From NCBI RefSeq assembly GCF_001194135.2, contig NC_068986.1, positions 68,548,486-68,612,475 on the forward strand: a stretch of DNA of 63,990 nt, written 5' to 3'. The notes under the pieces were generated by a model. That model searched no databases, was not told the DNA's origin, and saw nothing but the letters and a program-made list of their open reading frames with translations. Each line of letters begins with the position of its first letter. Within the stretch, counting starts at the first letter, position 1. This stretch comes from Octopus bimaculoides (taxonomy: Eukaryota). Both the position numbers and the translations under genes were made by a program. Positions 60,206 to 63,990 of this stretch are shown here, one piece after another.

Positions 60206-60900
60206 AGCAGAAAATGTTTTAATTTAAAATAACAATAATAATAATTCTATTTTCTGAATCTATTAACAAATACCTTGCTCGTAGTTTGAGAACCTAGAAT
60301 TGACTCTGTTAAGTAGATTGGCAGCCACAGATATTGAAAACTTGAAATAGAGTTCATATTTGGAAATGAGAAGAGTTTAATTGTGAAATAGCAAAATCCA
60401 GAATTTCAGGAACTTGATCTGTCATTAGGAGTGTAAACAGCTGGTCCTGTTAAGTGATAAGGTATGCAATTATGAGCTTATGTTGAACTCCGAGTTAATG
60501 CCCTACAAAGATCAAGGAGTAATTTGGTCAACTAAAAAGAGATGAGTCCTGTTTAATGCTCTGTGCCAACTAATTAAAAATAACAATAACCTCGAGTTTT
60601 TAACTGTCACAGAAAGAGTCCTAACTGAAACACCAGGAAGTAATAACGTGTGAAAACACAGTGTAAAATGTTCACAAAGGAAATAAACCAGAATATTATG
60701 AATCAATGAGAAAATGTGTGAGCAGTCCTTCAGCTAGAAATAGCAGCCAAATCTCGTTCAACACAAAATCTTACAATCTTTAAAAAAGAAAAAAAAAAAA
60801 AAGAATATTTGGTAATGAAGTCCTTGATATACTGTACCTAAAAAAAGGATATGTCATGGCTGGAATGTGGATCATAGGTTTGCTTGATCAGAACTGACCT

Positions 60901-61280
60901 GAGGTTCCTCCTAAGGATCTCTAGAGTAACATTACTCAACAGGGTGTGTGGTTCGGAGATCTTGGAGTCACTCCAAGTTGAGCTACTATTCTTCTGCATT
61001 GAAAGTCACATCTCTGGTACTGTGAACATGTGATTTGAATGTCGCAGGAAAGAATCACAAGCCAGATTCTTCAAGCTGAGCCAACCAGCAGAAGACTTAG
61101 GGGTCGACCAAGAATGAGATGGTTGGATGATATCCACAGTCTCAGTGGGTCATGCTTGGGAATCAAACTAGAAAGTCTTAATGACAATTGCTTCTGATAG
61201 GACCCTATAAAGGATGTGCTTGAGTTCTACCCCTCCTCCATCCAACCATGACCCTGCCAGGAAAAGTAAGCAGAGAAGAT
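60901..61280 (+). mobile_element. RTE (Expander/Rex3-like) LINE 3' fragment
   Basis: FLLRISRVTLLNRV..SEILESLQVELL...ILQAEPTSRRLRGRPRMRWLD. Confidence 0.78.
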
Positions 61281-62667
61281 GAATGGATGGGTGGGTGGAA
61301 TATTACATTTGCTTGGAACAAATAGTACATATTATGTAACAGATATTCAACTAGTAAAGTGATATTGTCAATGGTTTTAAAGTGAGATTAAAGATGAAAT
61401 ATGTAAAAAATTAGATTCTGGCATTATTTTCCTTGCTGGATGCTGTCTTAAAGTAATATTATCAAAGTAGAAAATTTAAAAAAATATAACTTAGAATAAA
61501 GCAAATCAAAGTACAATATGAATCCATGAAATATATTCATTATTCAATAAGATACCAACAAAAATAGATCTATTTGCAAACAGAATGTGAGAACACACAT
61601 CCGTGATGTATCTGCTTCGACTGACACTGTAAATATTAATTATTAGATATGAAGCATATATTATCTCAAATTTGTTAAAAAAATACAAACTGAATGTTTG
61701 GACTTCAGAATATAATTCAGTAAATGATTACTGTGTTGATAGATTGGAGCCTGGTGTTGCCATCTGGTTTCACCAGTCCTCAGTCAAATCGTCCAACCCA
61801 TGCTAGCATGGAAGGCGGACGTTAAACGATGATGATGATGTTAGATGAGCCTAATTTCCATTAATGCTATGAATACCTTACACTATAAGTTCAACTTTAT
61901 AATACATTAGATATAATGAAAATAAAGACAGAATTGCTACTATAATTAAATGTGAGCAGAACTGCATACTTCACCAACTTTTCCCTAATATCACTTTTTC
62001 TTTCTCACTACCTGAAACCATTTGATTTGATATCCATCCTTCATTCTTAATACTGTCCCATCTACCCACATTTTACATTGATCAGCTCCCTGAACCACAA
62101 AATTATTTCTCCTTCCCTGTCACCATACATATCTGTCTCCTACCATAAAAAAATGTATGTTTAAGATAAACATTCAGTATAAGTTCACCTAACATCATGT
62201 AGTTCTATTATATAGAATATATATATATGTACATGTGTGTATACACACGTGCAACAGAGAATTTATGAGAAATGCTTCTGAAAATATTTGAAATATTTTT
62301 CACATTTCTTCATTATTTTTATTTGTTTAAGAATACTAATTTTGAAACCTGACCTTCAAATCTTCGTTGGACTGCTTTGGAATTTTAAATATTTAGTAAG
62401 TTTTGTTTTCAATTAAAGAATTTATGTATGTGTGTACACAAGGTAAGTAAATATATGTAATTTTGTGTGTGTGAATGTGTGCAAGAAAGAAGGCCGTGCT
62501 AGTATGTATGTGATGTGTATGGATGAGAACAGTTATATGCAGTACTGTTAATTTAATGTGGATGAAGTTTGCAGAAAAGGGAAACCCAGGAAGGCATAAG
62601 ATGAAATGGTAAATGCTGATCACAGAACTATGAATCTAATAGACGCACGTGCATGTGTGTGTGTGTG

Positions 62668-62820
62668 TGATGGGGTGCAGAAAAGTTCCTGGCTTTGGGT
62701 AAAAGAAAATACAGGAGAATCAGTTAATTGATTTCATTCGACATATTCCCCTCTCAAATTCACATATTTATTGCAGTGGTCCTTCAGTTTTTCTAAACTC
62801 TGTAAAAGAACTTGGATTCA
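62668..62820 (+). mobile_element. Mariner-type terminal fragment
   Basis: GGGGTGCAGAAAAGTTCCTGGCTTT resembles the GAGGGG.TGCTGAAAAGTTCC mariner TIR class. No partner end seen. Confidence 0.45.
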
Positions 62821-63627
62821 GGAGAAAAGAAAGTATCCATAGCCATTTCTAGGTCTCTGGGTTAAAAGAAATACAATATTAACAAAACAGCAAGATATAT
62901 CTTTAACAACTATCCAGCATAGTCTCTATGATTACATAATACATTTTTAAAGTTTCTACATGCAACACTGGCTTTATAATCCAGTCTCCCCATATAAACC
63001 ATATCAGCAATATCTCTTTCCTTGAAGATAACTAATTCTGAAACAGAAATTTTAACACTCTTATCTTTTAGAAGAGATTTTTTTTTTCATTTTGCTTTTA
63101 TCTGTTCTTTTTTTTTTTTATTTGGTATCTTAGCACACAAACACACTAATACAGCATGGTTATGAAAAAATCATTTCATACGCTGTCAGATTCCTAATGT
63201 TTAACAAAAAATTATTTAGTCTTGCTGTACATGATGAGTGGTTTTGCATATGCACACACTCACACACAATTATATATGTGTCTGCGCATGTGTATGTGCA
63301 GGAGAGAGAAAGAGAGGTAGAAGTGAGAGAGTGGATGATCACTGTTTACATCGAGGTACTCAAATACACTTATGGTAAAGTGTAAATGCACGTGTAAGTA
63401 ATTATGTTATTAAAATCCATAGTATGCTTTCAGCCAAGTCTCCATGAGGATACTTATGTGATGCTCGGTGGACATGAAGTACTGACACATACACACACAC
63501 ACACACAGAATTTCAGTATTGAATCTTGCTTGAAATCTACTCAATCATTTGTCTTTAATAGAACCAATTCCTATTATCAACAGTATCATGATCTTTTTTT
63601 ATATTTATTTATTTATCATCATCATTT

Positions 63628-63990
63628 TTATTATTATTATTATTATTATTGTTCAGTAGTTTTATTTTTATAACGTGCTTTCACTTCACTACCGAGCGCA
63701 GCTCTGTGCGCCTTGGGTATGTGCTGTGGTTTGCTGTGGTGCTCTTATGTTTACTGTATTGAAAGTGTTTTGCGTAGAATGTGTGCAGTACCCAGTAGTG
63801 CAATTTTCTGTATGTTATATATATTTGTAAGTCCTGGTGTTTTTGTTATGTATTTGTCTGAATATTTTTTTATTATACCTAAGGCACCTACTATGATAGG
63901 AATTGTTTCTGTTTTTAGATTCCACATTCGAGTTATCTCTATTTCCAGGTCTTTGTATTTTGAAAGTTTTTCCATTTCTTTTAGAGAAAC
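63628..63990 (-). mobile_element. Dong/R4-clade LINE 3' end (RLE domain C-terminus), continues beyond the window
   Basis: ORF 63751-63975 EKLSKYKDLEIEITRMWNLKTETIPIIVGALG...IQKIALLGTAHILRK, then a short 3' UTR and an (AAT)n tail at 63628-63650. This fits the TAA-repeat targeting known for Dong. Confidence 0.88.

Noticed and set aside
23430-62140. Purine- or pyrimidine-skewed tracts (23430-23610, 26820-27070, 50060-50250, 59610-59820, 61980-62140) and GAT/GGT tracts (19620-19760, 23880-24220)
   Set aside because: These are low-complexity decayed simple repeats, and their ORFs are compositional artefacts.

Overview
AT-rich, repeat-dense eukaryotic genomic scaffold with 10 N gaps (about 2.9 kb in total). 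The SINE and LINE families present point to an octopod cephalopod (Octopus sp.), which is an inference from repeat content. The only host gene I can support is a PH+FYVE protein of the Phafin family (PLEKHF1/2, Drosophila Rush hour-like) on the minus strand. I reconstructed it by hand as 8 coding exons (34748-34812, 29535-29672, 28051-28114, 18104-18229, 16354-16463, 9499-9655, 5834-5958, 3365-3394), all with AG/GT boundaries and matching phases. The exon carrying the start codon was not found. The rest is intronic or intergenic: several tRNA-derived SINE families, RTE, L2-like, HERO-like and Dong/R4 LINE fragments, two decayed mariners, hAT, Tc1, piggyBac-like and foldback MITEs, a Helentron-type element, and a decayed AcademX-like (XPG/FEN1-type nuclease) transposon. 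The best second-look items are minimal hammerhead-ribozyme-like motifs in a Penelope-type repeat and several long near-perfect inverted structures: a perfect 204-bp inverted repeat, a 98-bp-arm hairpin inserted in a mariner, a 280-bp inverted duplication and a 367-bp foldback. I found no convincing novel multi-gene system. Repeat boundaries are approximate unless defined by TIRs or target-site duplications.
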